IMG/VR virus record: IMGVR_UViG_3300026549_000043
Span: 75,875-139,874 of that record
Strand: one strand, 5' to 3'
Length of the DNA stretch: 64,000 nucleotides
Origin: a virus
Taxonomy: Duplodnaviria; Caudoviricetes
Shown here: piece after piece, positions 1 through 9,494 of the stretch
How the letters are laid out: every line of letters begins with the position of its first letter
How positions within the stretch are numbered: position 1 is the first letter of the stretch
Translations under genes and position numbers: made by a program
The notes under the pieces: model-generated
Databases searched by the model: none
Seen by the model: the letters and a program-made list of their open reading frames with translations, nothing else
What the model was told of the DNA's origin: nothing

Positions 1-1
1 T

Positions 2-88
2 GGTTTTATTCCTGGAAGAATAGTTACTGATAAATTATTGGCTTCTAATAAAAGAAATGCTCAAAAAAGAAGAAAAAAGATAAAATAA
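2..88 (+). CDS. 3' end of an upstream gene (GFIPGR...KRRKKIK), possibly a homing-endonuclease C-terminus
   Basis: Open frame 2-88 ends in TAA and is followed by a terminator. The GFxPGR motif plus basic tail resembles endonuclease C-termini (weak). Confidence 0.4.
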   Translation, partial: GFIPGRIVTDKLLASNKRNAQKRRKKIK

Positions 89-110
89 ACTACTGAGTAG
101 TTTATTTTTT
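82..110 (+). terminator. Intrinsic terminator
   Basis: aaaataaactac-tga-gtagtttatttt hairpin followed by a T-run. Confidence 0.65.
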
Positions 111-150
111 GTAAGTTTAATTATATAATATAAGTAGGAGATAATCTTAT

Positions 151-2163
151 ATGGTTGACATTTTAAAAGAATTACACGAAGATTTTATAACCTATGCTAA
201 AGAAGTAAATGAAAACAGGGCTTTCCCTGATGCTAGAGATGGACTGAAGCCATCAGCTAGAGCTTGTTTATGGGAAATGTTTATTCGTGGCTATACCTCA
301 AATAAACCACACGTTAAATCAGCTAAAGTAGATGGTGGTGTTATAGCTAATTGGCATCCACACGGAAGCGAATATTCTACTTTTGTAAGGATGTCTCAGC
401 CTTGGATAAATAATATTCCAGAAGTAGACTGGCACGGAGCAAATGGGTCTCAACTGGGTGGCCCAGAGCCAGCAGCAGCAAGATACACAGAATGTAGATT
501 ATCTACGGCGAGTGAGGATGGGTTCTTTACTAATATTAAGAAAAATACTATTGACATGATACCTAACTTTTCAGAGGATGATGAGTGGCCAATAGTATTC
601 CCAGCCATTTTTCCAAGATTATTCGTAAACGGTTCACAAGGAATTGGCTATACAATTGCTCAGGAGTGGGAACTTGGAAATTTAAAAGAATTCACTGAAA
701 AAGTTAAACAGTATTTAAAGAAAAAGAAAATAACTTGTGATGACATCTATCCAGATTACCCTACTGCTGGAATCATTATAAATAAGAAAGACATCCATAC
801 AATTTATGAGACTGGTAAAGGTTCTGTCGTTCTACGAGGTAAATCTGAAATAGATGGAAATCTTATTAAGATTACTTCATTACCTTATCAAGTATATGTA
901 GAACCTTTCATAGCGAGTATTAAGGACTTAGTTAATGAAGGCAAGCTTACAGGCATTGAAGACATCTATAATAAGTCTGACGACAATGGAATGTTAATTG
1001 AAATTGAATGTAGTGAAGATCCTAACTTAGTTCTTAATTCACTGTTTAAGTTAACCGATTTACAATATACGTTTAGTGCTAACCAGATGGCATTAGTTAA
1101 TGGGAAACCAGAACTTCTCACTTTGGAAGATTACATTAGAATCTATATAGAACATAATATAGAATGTATTAAAAGAGAGTATCAATTTGATTTAGATAAA
1201 GCCAACAGTAGAAAAGAAATAGTTGATGGTCTGGTTAAAGCTTTAGGAATGATTGACTCAATTATTAGTACTATAAAGAAGTCTAAGAGTTCTGAAGAGG
1301 CTAAGAAATCATTAGTCTCTCAAGGTTTTACTTCTAATCAAGCCCAGGCAATTGTTGATATGCGGCTTGGAAAGTTAGCTAACTTAGAACAGGACGAACT
1401 TAATAAAGAACAAAAAGAACTTATTAAGAAAGTATCCGATCTTACAAAGGTCATCAATTCAAGTAAAACCCAGGAAAAAGAATTCTTAAAACGATTAGAA
1501 GACTTTACTTCTAGGTATGGCTGGGAAAGAAGAACAGAAGTTACTGATATTGATTTTAAGACTGAAACCAAGAAGGTAAAAACTACCATTAAAAACACTG
1601 AACAAGTAATGGTTTTATTGAACAGCGATTCTGAATTAAAGAAAGTTTCTTTAACTGATTATCGAGAATTAAAAAATTCTAATATTGTAAAATCTATAAA
1701 GGTTGGCCTCAAAGATAAAATTATTTTAATTTCTAATCTAGGGAAGATGTATAAAATAGAAGTTAATAAAATTCCAAAAGGTAGCATGAAATCTTCAGGA
1801 AAATTAGTTAGTGAATTAATTACGTTAGAGCCAAATGAATTCATTATTGATATCTTTTCTGGGAAAGAAGAAGACCCATATTTATTCTTTATAACAGATA
1901 AGGCTAATGTAAAGAAAGTTAATTCAGAAGAGATTTTTGGTATTAGTAAAAAATCTGGTACTCCAGTTTTCAAATTAAAGGAAGAATCATTATTAGAAGT
2001 ATTCTTAGTTAACGATAATTCAGTTATTAATTTAATAACTTCAAAGCCAAAAGAGTATCAAATTAAAGTTAGTGATTTTAATACTAAATCTAGAAAGGCT
2101 TCAGGAGTTAGAAGTATAAAATTAAAATCCTATACTCTCATGGAAACTTCTTTGCTAAATTAA
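151..2163 (+). CDS. gyrA: Type IIA topoisomerase (gyrase/topo IV) subunit A
   Basis: RAFPDARDGLKP, HPHG, catalytic AAARYTE and QAQAIVDMRL motifs; short beta-pinwheel-like C-terminus; RBS aggag upstream. Confidence 0.92.
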   Translation: MVDILKELHEDFITYAKEVNENRAFPDARDGLKPSARACLWEMFIRGYTSNKPHVKSAKVDGGVIANWHPHGSEYSTFVRMSQPWINNIPEVDWHGANGSQLGGPEPAAARYTECRLSTASEDGFFTNIKKNTIDMIPNFSEDDEWPIVFPAIFPRLFVNGSQGIGYTIAQEWELGNLKEFTEKVKQYLKKKKITCDDIYPDYPTAGIIINKKDIHTIYETGKGSVVLRGKSEIDGNLIKITSLPYQVYVEPFIASIKDLVNEGKLTGIEDIYNKSDDNGMLIEIECSEDPNLVLNSLFKLTDLQYTFSANQMALVNGKPELLTLEDYIRIYIEHNIECIKREYQFDLDKANSRKEIVDGLVKALGMIDSIISTIKKSKSSEEAKKSLVSQGFTSNQAQAIVDMRLGKLANLEQDELNKEQKELIKKVSDLTKVINSSKTQEKEFLKRLEDFTSRYGWERRTEVTDIDFKTETKKVKTTIKNTEQVMVLLNSDSELKKVSLTDYRELKNSNIVKSIKVGLKDKIILISNLGKMYKIEVNKIPKGSMKSSGKLVSELITLEPNEFIIDIFSGKEEDPYLFFITDKANVKKVNSEEIFGISKKSGTPVFKLKEESLLEVFLVNDNSVINLITSKPKEYQIKVSDFNTKSRKASGVRSIKLKSYTLMETSLLN

Positions 2164-2168
2164 ATATA
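2154..2168 (+). promoter_or_regulatory. Putative phage late promoter, GCTAAATTWAWWWTA motif
   Basis: GCTAAATTAAATATA about 20 nt upstream of the 2189 start; one of 10 similarly placed copies. Confidence 0.7.
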
Positions 2169-2188
2169 GAGAAAGGTTAGAAGAAAAA

Positions 2189-3289
2189 ATGAATAATTAT
2201 TATAAAGTTTATTCTGAATTAAAGAAGTTGTCTTTATTAGAAGACCTTAAAAATAAGCTAACTGAGGAAATTATTTTACCTAATGTTATTAGTTCACCTT
2301 ATGAAAAAAGAGCTAGAGTCCTTTCAAATGGGCATAAATATACTTTAGGTCCTTTAAATTCTGGTGATATTAATAAACTAGTAACTAGATTTAAAAATAA
2401 AATTAGAGAGTTTTCCAGAGACCCAGAAAAAACAACTGAAGAAAAGATTGCTGAATTTCGTAGAATAATTAATTCTCCATTAGATTCTAATTCTCCAGGT
2501 AGTACTCCAGCAGGGAAATTCTACCATAATGCATTAAATAGTTTTGGTGGATATCCTGGAGGAGTAAATAGTCATTTATTCATCTCACCTGGAGATTATC
2601 CTGAATTTGATAAGTATTTTTTAAGTTTAATTAGAGACGCTATTGAAAAATTAGAAAATAATCAAATTAATCCAGCTACTGCTAAATTTACATTAACTCC
2701 AGAAGAAGAAGCTACTTCAAACAGACTTATTTCCTATTTTGATAATAATGGATTTACTAATGTTTTAGGACCTATTAAATCAAAAAAGCATCCTGGTTTC
2801 TATATTTATACGGCCAGGAAAGATATTGATAAAGATATCTTAGACTATGGAAATGAAGATTATTTTGAAATTGGTGATAATTTTGAAAGAATTAGTTCAG
2901 GTGATAAACTAAATTATAGGAGTTTAGTTTACATAAAAGAAATAGCTGATATTTTAGGGGTTAAGCCATTTGCTATGACTGATGACTGGCAACCATTAAT
3001 TTCAACTGATGCTGACTCATTGGACATTGATAAACCTGATAGAAGTTATTTTACCATTAGAGTTGAAGCTCCTTTAACAGCTGAGGGTGTTTCAAAAATT
3101 ACCAAATCTTTAAAGAAAAATATTGAAGATTACGAAGAACCATTAGGTGATTTTAAAATTAAAAAGACAGACTATTATGATTACCTAAAGTATAAGGATA
3201 ATCTTGGTAAAGAAAATAATGGCCAGTACATTTCTTCTTCAGATTTTACTCCAATGGAATATATGAGAGAAAAAGAAAACAATAAATAA
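2189..3289 (+). CDS. Hypothetical protein, probable internal head protein
   Basis: 366 aa, follows the GCTAAATT motif; N-terminal ...SLLED-LKNKLTEE resembles prohead-protease L-x-E sites. Confidence 0.6.
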   Translation: MNNYYKVYSELKKLSLLEDLKNKLTEEIILPNVISSPYEKRARVLSNGHKYTLGPLNSGDINKLVTRFKNKIREFSRDPEKTTEEKIAEFRRIINSPLDSNSPGSTPAGKFYHNALNSFGGYPGGVNSHLFISPGDYPEFDKYFLSLIRDAIEKLENNQINPATAKFTLTPEEEATSNRLISYFDNNGFTNVLGPIKSKKHPGFYIYTARKDIDKDILDYGNEDYFEIGDNFERISSGDKLNYRSLVYIKEIADILGVKPFAMTDDWQPLISTDADSLDIDKPDRSYFTIRVEAPLTAEGVSKITKSLKKNIEDYEEPLGDFKIKKTDYYDYLKYKDNLGKENNGQYISSSDFTPMEYMREKENNK

Positions 3290-3315
3290 TAGAATAAAGG
3301 ATATAGGTGATATAA

Positions 3316-3405
3316 ATGAAAACAACTAGAGAAGAATACAATAAGGCTCTAGCTGAATTTAATGCCAAGTATGTTAATACTGACAAAGATTTATTAGAGG
3401 ATTAA
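3316..3405 (+). CDS. 29-aa peptide MKTTREEYNKALAEFNAKYVNTDKDLLED
   Basis: RBS aggtga upstream; similar to the internal segment EKYNKELSECETK...RLLED of the 4765 protein. Confidence 0.45.
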   Translation: MKTTREEYNKALAEFNAKYVNTDKDLLED

Positions 3406-3413
3406 TTAGAATT

Positions 3414-3884
3414 ATGCCATTTATTAAAAGATTAAACAAACACCAACTACATTTTGAAGACCTAGTTCTATTAGGGCCAGAAGGGTTAGAAGAATTAAAT
3501 GATAAAATAGAGGGTACTATCGAAACTTTAGAAAATAATTCAGAAAGGATTAATCTTACTACTAAGATTGATGGTTGTTTAGCTCCTGAAACACTAGTAG
3601 CTACAACAGAGGGTGATACTGCTTTTAGTAAGATAATATCTGACTATAATAAAGGTAAGGTATATTATGGTTATGGAGTTAATGATTCAACTGGAGAAAT
3701 TATACCAGTTGAACTTAAAATGCCAAGAGTTAAAAACGGTAATAAAAATTGGTGCACAATAGAATTTAATAATGGTGGTTATTTAACTGCTACAGTAGAC
3801 CACCCAATAAAAGTTGATGATGATTATGTTGAAGCCGGTAAGCTGGAAGTGACTACAAAAATAGAGGGTATCGATCATTTTTAG
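3414..3884 (+). CDS. DUF6267-like N-extein (54 aa, ending TTKIDG) fused to split-intein N-fragment (3576-3881)
   Basis: HFEDLV...TTKIDG, then intein block A CLAPETLV and block B TATVDHP; ends at TAG with no C-terminal HN. Confidence 0.88.
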   Translation: MPFIKRLNKHQLHFEDLVLLGPEGLEELNDKIEGTIETLENNSERINLTTKIDGCLAPETLVATTEGDTAFSKIISDYNKGKVYYGYGVNDSTGEIIPVELKMPRVKNGNKNWCTIEFNNGGYLTATVDHPIKVDDDYVEAGKLEVTTKIEGIDHF

Positions 3885-3894
3885 TTTTATTGTT

Positions 3895-3909
3895 GCTAAA
3901 TTAATTATA
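3895..3909 (+). promoter_or_regulatory. GCTAAATT promoter motif upstream of the HNH gene
   Basis: GCTAAATTAATTATA, then RBS aaggagg and ATG at 3927. Confidence 0.7.
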
Positions 3910-3926
3910 AAATTAAGGAGGCAAAT

Positions 3927-4787
3927 ATGGCTAATAATAATAAATCTTTAACCACCCGTAAATTAGAATATGATAAAATTGTTGAATTTAGAAAATTACA
4001 TAGTATCGACTATCTAAATAATATAGCTAAGTTAATGGGTTATACAACAATATCAGAGGTATTTGATGATGGTTGGCCTATAACAGAACTAAAAAAATAT
4101 AGTGATGAAGCCAGTAAATTAACTTGAGGGGCTGATATTCCAAATAGATATTGAAAATTTATGTGTAGAGAAGTTTGTAATGAATATTTAACTGAAAAAT
4201 ATGGGTCACCTAAAGATTACTTCAATACAGAAGTTTTTATTAAACGGAGAGTAACAAATATAGGTAACACTATGGAAACTAGGTATGGGTATAGAAATCC
4301 TGGCCAATCACCTGAACACCGTGAACTTATGAAAAAGGGAAGTAATTGTAAAAATCCCTTTTCATCTGACTCTTTTAAATATAATTCATATATTCGTGGT
4401 AAAACGGTATTGCCAGAAGATAAAATAGCATATGATGAATATAGAAAAAAGGTTGATAAGCTCACAGATATAAATAAACAAAATTTACCTTTTACAGGTA
4501 TATGCTATTATACAGAATTACCTATTTTTAAATATGATGGTAATAAAACAATTAATAGAAATGATTGGAATATGGCTACAATAGATCATAAAATTTCTGT
4601 TATAGCTGGTTTTTTAAGAGGTATTTCTCCTGAAATTATTTCTAGTGTAGATAATTTATGTTGATGCTCAAAGTATTTTAATAGTTTCAAGGGTTCCAAA
4701 TGTGAAGATGAAATTAGGCTGTCAGGTCTGATCGAACGATTTAAGGAGGTTATTAAAAAATACTATGCAAGTAGTGAAGGTGACTAA
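3927..4787 (+). CDS. Free-standing HNH homing endonuclease (286 aa with TGA=Trp)
   Basis: Reading TGA at 4125, 4152 and 4662 as Trp joins two track ORFs and completes IDHKIS...DNLC(W)CSKYFNSFKG. It sits between the two intein halves. Confidence 0.85.
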
Positions 4788-7700
4788 ATTAAAGACAAAA
4801 TTTCCCCAGTGTGATCTCACAACTGATACAGAAAACTTTTATGTAAAAGTTGGTGACAAATACATTTTAGTACATAATTCCCCAGCTTTAATAGTATGGC
4901 ATGAATATCCAGGCTACCCAAATGATTCAGTAGCTCTAAAGGGTTTTCTTTCTGGACCACAAAATGCTATTTCTACTCCAGAACAAGTAGATGCTAAGTA
5001 TGGTGATAGACCAGGAATGTCTCAGATGTTGAAGTATGGATTACAAATAGCCAAAGAGATTCCTTCTGGTGAAGCTTGGCAGGGTGATTGCTTGTTTGTA
5101 AAAGATACCAAGAGGGAAGAAGAAATTAATGGTAAAGATTACATTACATTCCAGCCTAATAAGATTATCTATGCTTTTTCTGAAGATAATCCTGGGTATG
5201 AAAAAGTAAAGAATGCAGATTTTGGAATTGCTTTCCATACTATTTATACAGGTGAAGATAAGCATCAATCTTTTAAAGTAGATCCTTCAAAATTAAATGT
5301 TCCAGATAATATTTATATTATGTCTCCAACCTTAAATAGACCAAAAGATGTAAAGGTATTTAATTTGGATGGGGTTAAATCTCAATTTGATAAACTTCAG
5401 AATTTAGAACAAAAATTATTATCCAGTTTTGAATACGAAGATTTAGTTAATAATCAGGTATTCATGAAATACTGGAATACTTTTGAAAATGCTAATTTAG
5501 CTGATAAAAAATCTGTTACTATTAATGAAAATACTTTTATTAATGATTTAAAAGAATACATCAAAGATAAGAGAACAAAAGAATTTGAAACCCAGGTTGG
5601 TAAATTAAAGACTGATGCTGGGAAAGAAAAAGCTAAAACTAAGTATGAACAAGATTTAGAAGACTTACGAGAATTAATTGATCACAATAAAGATTTACTT
5701 ACTACACTAGTACAGACTCTTAATTGTGCTGCTACAATTAAAATGTTATTATGGCAAGGATTTAAACAAACACAATTTGACTATAATACTTTCTATCGTT
5801 CTAGAACTAAAGGTTATATTCCAGGTGAAATGGAAGGTGTAGCCATGAGTGACCAAGACGGTAATATTGTTAAGATCGTAGACCGTAGTACTTTTAGTTC
5901 TTATAATCGTGATCCCGATATCCTAGCGGGGTTCGATCACCCTGAAAATCTTACCGAAGAACAATCTTGTTTTATTGAAAAATATAATAAAGAATTAAGT
6001 GAATGTGAGACTAAACAACTTTGGGAAAGATTTGGTAGATTATTAGAAGATGACCAAAGAACTGTTGTATTAGCTTTCGGGAGACTTAATCCCCCTACCT
6101 GGGGTCATCGTAAATTAGTAGATAAGATGGCATCACTAGCTCAGAGTGAAAAGGCAAAGTTATTCTTAAGTCATACACAGGATAAGAAAAAGAACCCTTT
6201 AAGCTATGAAGATAAAATTCATTTTGCCAAAGAAGCTTTTGAACCTCAGATAGATGTCGTTAAGTCAGATGCAAGGACAATCATTGAAGTCTTAACCGAT
6301 CTTTATAAAGAAGGGGTAAAGAACATCATCTATGTTGGTGGAGAAGATCGTATTGGTGGAAAAGAAGATGTCTCTGACTTGATCCTAAGATATAATGGCC
6401 AACCAGATAAGCAAGGTAACATTCTATACGATTTTGATTCAATTCAATTTAAGAACGCTGGATCTAGATCAGATGACTCAGATGACTTTGTAGAAAGAGC
6501 TTCAGCAAGCTTAGCAAGAAAGTATGCCCAGGAGGGTGACTTTAAACACTTTAGTGAAATAGTCCCATTCAGTGATGCTGATGCCAAAGAACTTTATAAA
6601 AAGGTTAGATCTGGATTGGGTCTTAGTGATGAAATATTAACCGAAGCCAATTTTAGTTACCCAGATATCCTTAAAACAAACCATAGCTATTATCTTGATG
6701 TAGTCGATGATTTTTTAAGTGATGGTGTTGTTGGTGCTGATAATAATATATATAAGATAAAACCTACTCAAGATGCAGAAGAAGTTAAAAACGAATTAAT
6801 TTCTATTAAAGAATTAGTTGGTAAAAATAACCAAGAATTTAATAAAAAGTTTAAGGATATAACTGGTGTTGAATGGACTAAAATTTATAAGGGTAAATAT
6901 TCTGGTCATACAAATGGACAATCATCAGGTGAAGCAGCCGAGGCAGTAGTATCTTATTTATATAATAATCCGGGAAAGGATCTCCCAGATGGAGTAGAGA
7001 TCTCTGATAAATGGATTACCTCTTCTAAAAATATTGCTAATTTTTTAGAAAATATTTGGCCACATGAAAATTATTTTGCTATCCATGTTAATGGTAATGA
7101 TTTAGAACCTATTGGAGAATATAAGAATATTGGTAAATTATTTAAATCTAAAAAAGAAGCTGCCTCTGTTTTAGGATTAAAAAATGAACTAGATGATTTA
7201 TATGTAGGTGGAAAAGATACCTGGAATAAAGCTGATATTTTATTAGTTAAAAAAGGTGCTCCTATATTAAAGTACTTTGAAAATATTAAAAATAGCTCTG
7301 ATTATAATGAAAGGATAAATCAACTAGCTTCAGGGGATTCACCTTTATTAATCCCAGTGTCATTAAAGGGTGTTTCAAATAGAACAAACTTAACTGTTGT
7401 CCCAGAAGGATTTGATGCTGGTGAAGTCTTACATGCTAAAGATATAAAAGTAGTATTCCCAATAAAACCATTAGAGCCTGAAACTAATAATTGTAGTTGT
7501 TGGTTAATAGATAATCTGGGTAGAAGAATACAATTTAGAAGACAAACAGATACTGAAGATAATCTTAGTGTTGAAGTGTCATTGAATAAAGATTCTCGTG
7601 GAGGTAAGGGTATTACCAGATTGAAGAAAGAACTAGGATTGTCTAATAATGAATGGTATAAAACTCCTATAACTTCTGAGAATGAATTATATAGCAAACT

Positions 7701-7914
7701 TAGAAACCTAGGTGAATTATCAAAACCTAGTGATAATTTTATAAACGGTAATACTTCAGGTGAATACGCTTGGTATAATAGAACTTGTTTTAGAGGAATT
7801 ACTTCTTTATTTGAAGAATATCAAAATAAATTTGGTGGCAGTAATTTAGAATTTTTTGATTGGATATATGAAAATAGTACCATTGGTACCAGTGGATTTT
7901 ATTTAGTTTATTAA
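4765..7914 (+). CDS. Split-intein C-fragment (38 aa, ...ILVHN) plus C-extein: DUF6267-like domain, HIGH-type cytidylyltransferase/NMNAT-like domain and an unknown C-terminal domain
   Basis: MQVVKVTK...CDLT...NFYV...VHN/S; QGDCLF, TFQPN, GIAFHT, EGVAMSD..GNIVKIVDR; FGRLNPPTWGH; VGGEDR. Confidence 0.85.
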   Translation: MQVVKVTKLKTKFPQCDLTTDTENFYVKVGDKYILVHNSPALIVWHEYPGYPNDSVALKGFLSGPQNAISTPEQVDAKYGDRPGMSQMLKYGLQIAKEIPSGEAWQGDCLFVKDTKREEEINGKDYITFQPNKIIYAFSEDNPGYEKVKNADFGIAFHTIYTGEDKHQSFKVDPSKLNVPDNIYIMSPTLNRPKDVKVFNLDGVKSQFDKLQNLEQKLLSSFEYEDLVNNQVFMKYWNTFENANLADKKSVTINENTFINDLKEYIKDKRTKEFETQVGKLKTDAGKEKAKTKYEQDLEDLRELIDHNKDLLTTLVQTLNCAATIKMLLWQGFKQTQFDYNTFYRSRTKGYIPGEMEGVAMSDQDGNIVKIVDRSTFSSYNRDPDILAGFDHPENLTEEQSCFIEKYNKELSECETKQLWERFGRLLEDDQRTVVLAFGRLNPPTWGHRKLVDKMASLAQSEKAKLFLSHTQDKKKNPLSYEDKIHFAKEAFEPQIDVVKSDARTIIEVLTDLYKEGVKNIIYVGGEDRIGGKEDVSDLILRYNGQPDKQGNILYDFDSIQFKNAGSRSDDSDDFVERASASLARKYAQEGDFKHFSEIVPFSDADAKELYKKVRSGLGLSDEILTEANFSYPDILKTNHSYYLDVVDDFLSDGVVGADNNIYKIKPTQDAEEVKNELISIKELVGKNNQEFNKKFKDITGVEWTKIYKGKYSGHTNGQSSGEAAEAVVSYLYNNPGKDLPDGVEISDKWITSSKNIANFLENIWPHENYFAIHVNGNDLEPIGEYKNIGKLFKSKKEAASVLGLKNELDDLYVGGKDTWNKADILLVKKGAPILKYFENIKNSSDYNERINQLASGDSPLLIPVSLKGVSNRTNLTVVPEGFDAGEVLHAKDIKVVFPIKPLEPETNNCSCWLIDNLGRRIQFRRQTDTEDNLSVEVSLNKDSRGGKGITRLKKELGLSNNEWYKTPITSENELYSKLRNLGELSKPSDNFINGNTSGEYAWYNRTCFRGITSLFEEYQNKFGGSNLEFFDWIYENSTIGTSGFYLVY

Positions 7915-8117
7915 TGAAAAAAGATTATTATATTATTCATAGGATTTTATCTAATAATTGGGGATCCAATACTTTAAAAATCATAGGTTATTTTTATTCT
8001 ACTGAAGATTTAATTAAAAAGAAGGTTTCTCAATTAAATCAAAAAATTCCAAAAAGACAATCAAATTATTATAAATATGGTTATATAAAAATTTCTGAAA
8101 TAGCTGAAGAATTATAA
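7914..8117 (+). CDS. Hypothetical protein
   Basis: 67 aa, coupled to the upstream gene by a TAATG overlap. Confidence 0.5.
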   Translation: MKKDYYIIHRILSNNWGSNTLKIIGYFYSTEDLIKKKVSQLNQKIPKRQSNYYKYGYIKISEIAEEL

Positions 8118-8124
8118 GCTTTTT

Positions 8125-8139
8125 GCTAAATTAATTGTA
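8125..8139 (+). promoter_or_regulatory. GCTAAATT promoter motif
   Basis: GCTAAATTAATTGTA in the intergenic region. Confidence 0.55.
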
Positions 8140-8215
8140 TATTATATTACAGGTATATAAATATAGAGTTAGAGAGGACTAACTAAAAATTTAAATCATT
8201 AGGAGGGTTTAAAAA

Positions 8216-8494
8216 ATGAAGAAATTATTTTATAGTGAAATTTTAAAGAAGTATTATAATACCGAAGAAGAATGTCTTGAAGCTGAAAAGGAATATAACG
8301 AAAAGCATAAGGCTGAGTTATTGGCTAAAGAAGAAAAGACTGCTGCAGCAAAGGAAATTGAAGAAGCCTATAAAAAGTATATCAATTTAAGGTCTGACTT
8401 CATTAAGCGGTATGGGAGCTATCACCTGACCTTAACTGACAAGGATCTTCCAACTAGTTCACTATTTGATCTTTTTGATAGATTCTGGTTCTAA
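8216..8494 (+). CDS. Hypothetical phage protein
   Basis: 92 aa with a strong RBS (aggaggg). Confidence 0.7.
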   Translation: MKKLFYSEILKKYYNTEEECLEAEKEYNEKHKAELLAKEEKTAAAKEIEEAYKKYINLRSDFIKRYGSYHLTLTDKDLPTSSLFDLFDRFWF

Positions 8495-8614
8495 AAAAAA
8501 AATACCTGTAACTTTAATTAGAAGTTTATTTCTGTATATATTAAATCACACAGTATTTACTAATAACTTCTAAGTAAACAAGTTCTCCTCATTTCTATAT
8601 GTTTACTTGTTAAT

Positions 8615-8643
8615 GAGCTACTGCTAGGTAGCTCTTTTTTTTT
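8615..8643 (+). terminator. Intrinsic terminator
   Basis: gagctac-tgctag-gtagctc followed by 9 T. Confidence 0.8.
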
Positions 8644-8667
8644 AGTTTATTATTATTCTATCTAGTA

Positions 8668-8696
8668 ATATAATAATAATGTAAATAAAAAGGTGA
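8668..8696 (+). promoter_or_regulatory. Sigma70-like (TATAAT) promoter-RBS cassette
   Basis: atataataataatgtaaataaaa (23 nt) is identical to 26070-26092; followed by RBS aggtg. Confidence 0.6.
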
Positions 8697-8700
8697 TACT

Positions 8701-8835
8701 ATGAAAAAGAAAAAATCTTCTGTTAGAGATATTTGGATACCAGAAACTTGGAGATATAATGGTTCTGGTTACCAGAAGAATAAAAAGAAAGTCATAGATC
8801 GTAAAAAGAAATATAGAGGAGGAAATTATGAATAA
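8701..8835 (+). CDS. 44-aa highly basic peptide
   Basis: MKKKKSSVRDIWIPETWRYNGSGYQKNKKKVIDRKKKYRGGNYE; has an RBS and overlaps the next start. Confidence 0.6.
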   Translation: MKKKKSSVRDIWIPETWRYNGSGYQKNKKKVIDRKKKYRGGNYE

Positions 8836-9301
8836 AACCCATGCTCAGATCAGAGAAGAATCAAGAAAGATAGAAGATAAATGGTTTGATGAATGGAATG
8901 CATTAGGTGGGCCAGAAAGTGGTAAAAGACCTGACTGGTATTATGAGGATAAAATCCATGACCTTTATACTGAATGGCGTCAGTCATTAGAAGTAGGTGA
9001 CAGAGTTCACATCTGTTGTTACTCTGATATTGAACCAGCTACTGTCATTAAGAGAACGAAGTCTTCTGTTACTGTTAGATATGATGATGCCGACTTAGAT
9101 CCTAATTGGAAGCCTGAATTTATTCCTGGTGGATTTAGTGCAATCTGTACAAATGACTCTGACCAGAAGTGGATTATTAAAGAAGATTTAAATGGTAGAA
9201 CTGAAACCTTTAGATGGTCTAAGAGATATGGCCGTTTTAAGAATACTTCAAATGAATTCTGTGAACCAGAATGGTATAAATATTATGACTATAATTTCTA
9301 A
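8828..9301 (+). CDS. Hypothetical phage protein
   Basis: 157 aa, RBS gaggagg; all its many Trp codons are TGG. Confidence 0.75.
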   Translation: MNKTHAQIREESRKIEDKWFDEWNALGGPESGKRPDWYYEDKIHDLYTEWRQSLEVGDRVHICCYSDIEPATVIKRTKSSVTVRYDDADLDPNWKPEFIPGGFSAICTNDSDQKWIIKEDLNGRTETFRWSKRYGRFKNTSNEFCEPEWYKYYDYNF

Positions 9302-9311
9302 GGAGTAAAAC

Positions 9312-9494
9312 ATGGAAAAAGTTAAAAGAATATGTCCTAGATGTGAAGAAGAATATGATGATTTTCCATCAATTTCTAGAAGAGATAATAAAACAAAAAT
9401 ATGTCCTATGTGTGGTATGGTTGAAGCCTTTGAAGATTATTTTAAAGTAAGATATATTGATAAAATTTATTGGGAGGAAAATAATGAAAGCTAA
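9312..9494 (+). CDS. Small zinc-finger protein
   Basis: CPRC...SRRDNKTKICPMCG. Confidence 0.7.
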   Translation: MEKVKRICPRCEEEYDDFPSISRRDNKTKICPMCGMVEAFEDYFKVRYIDKIYWEENNES

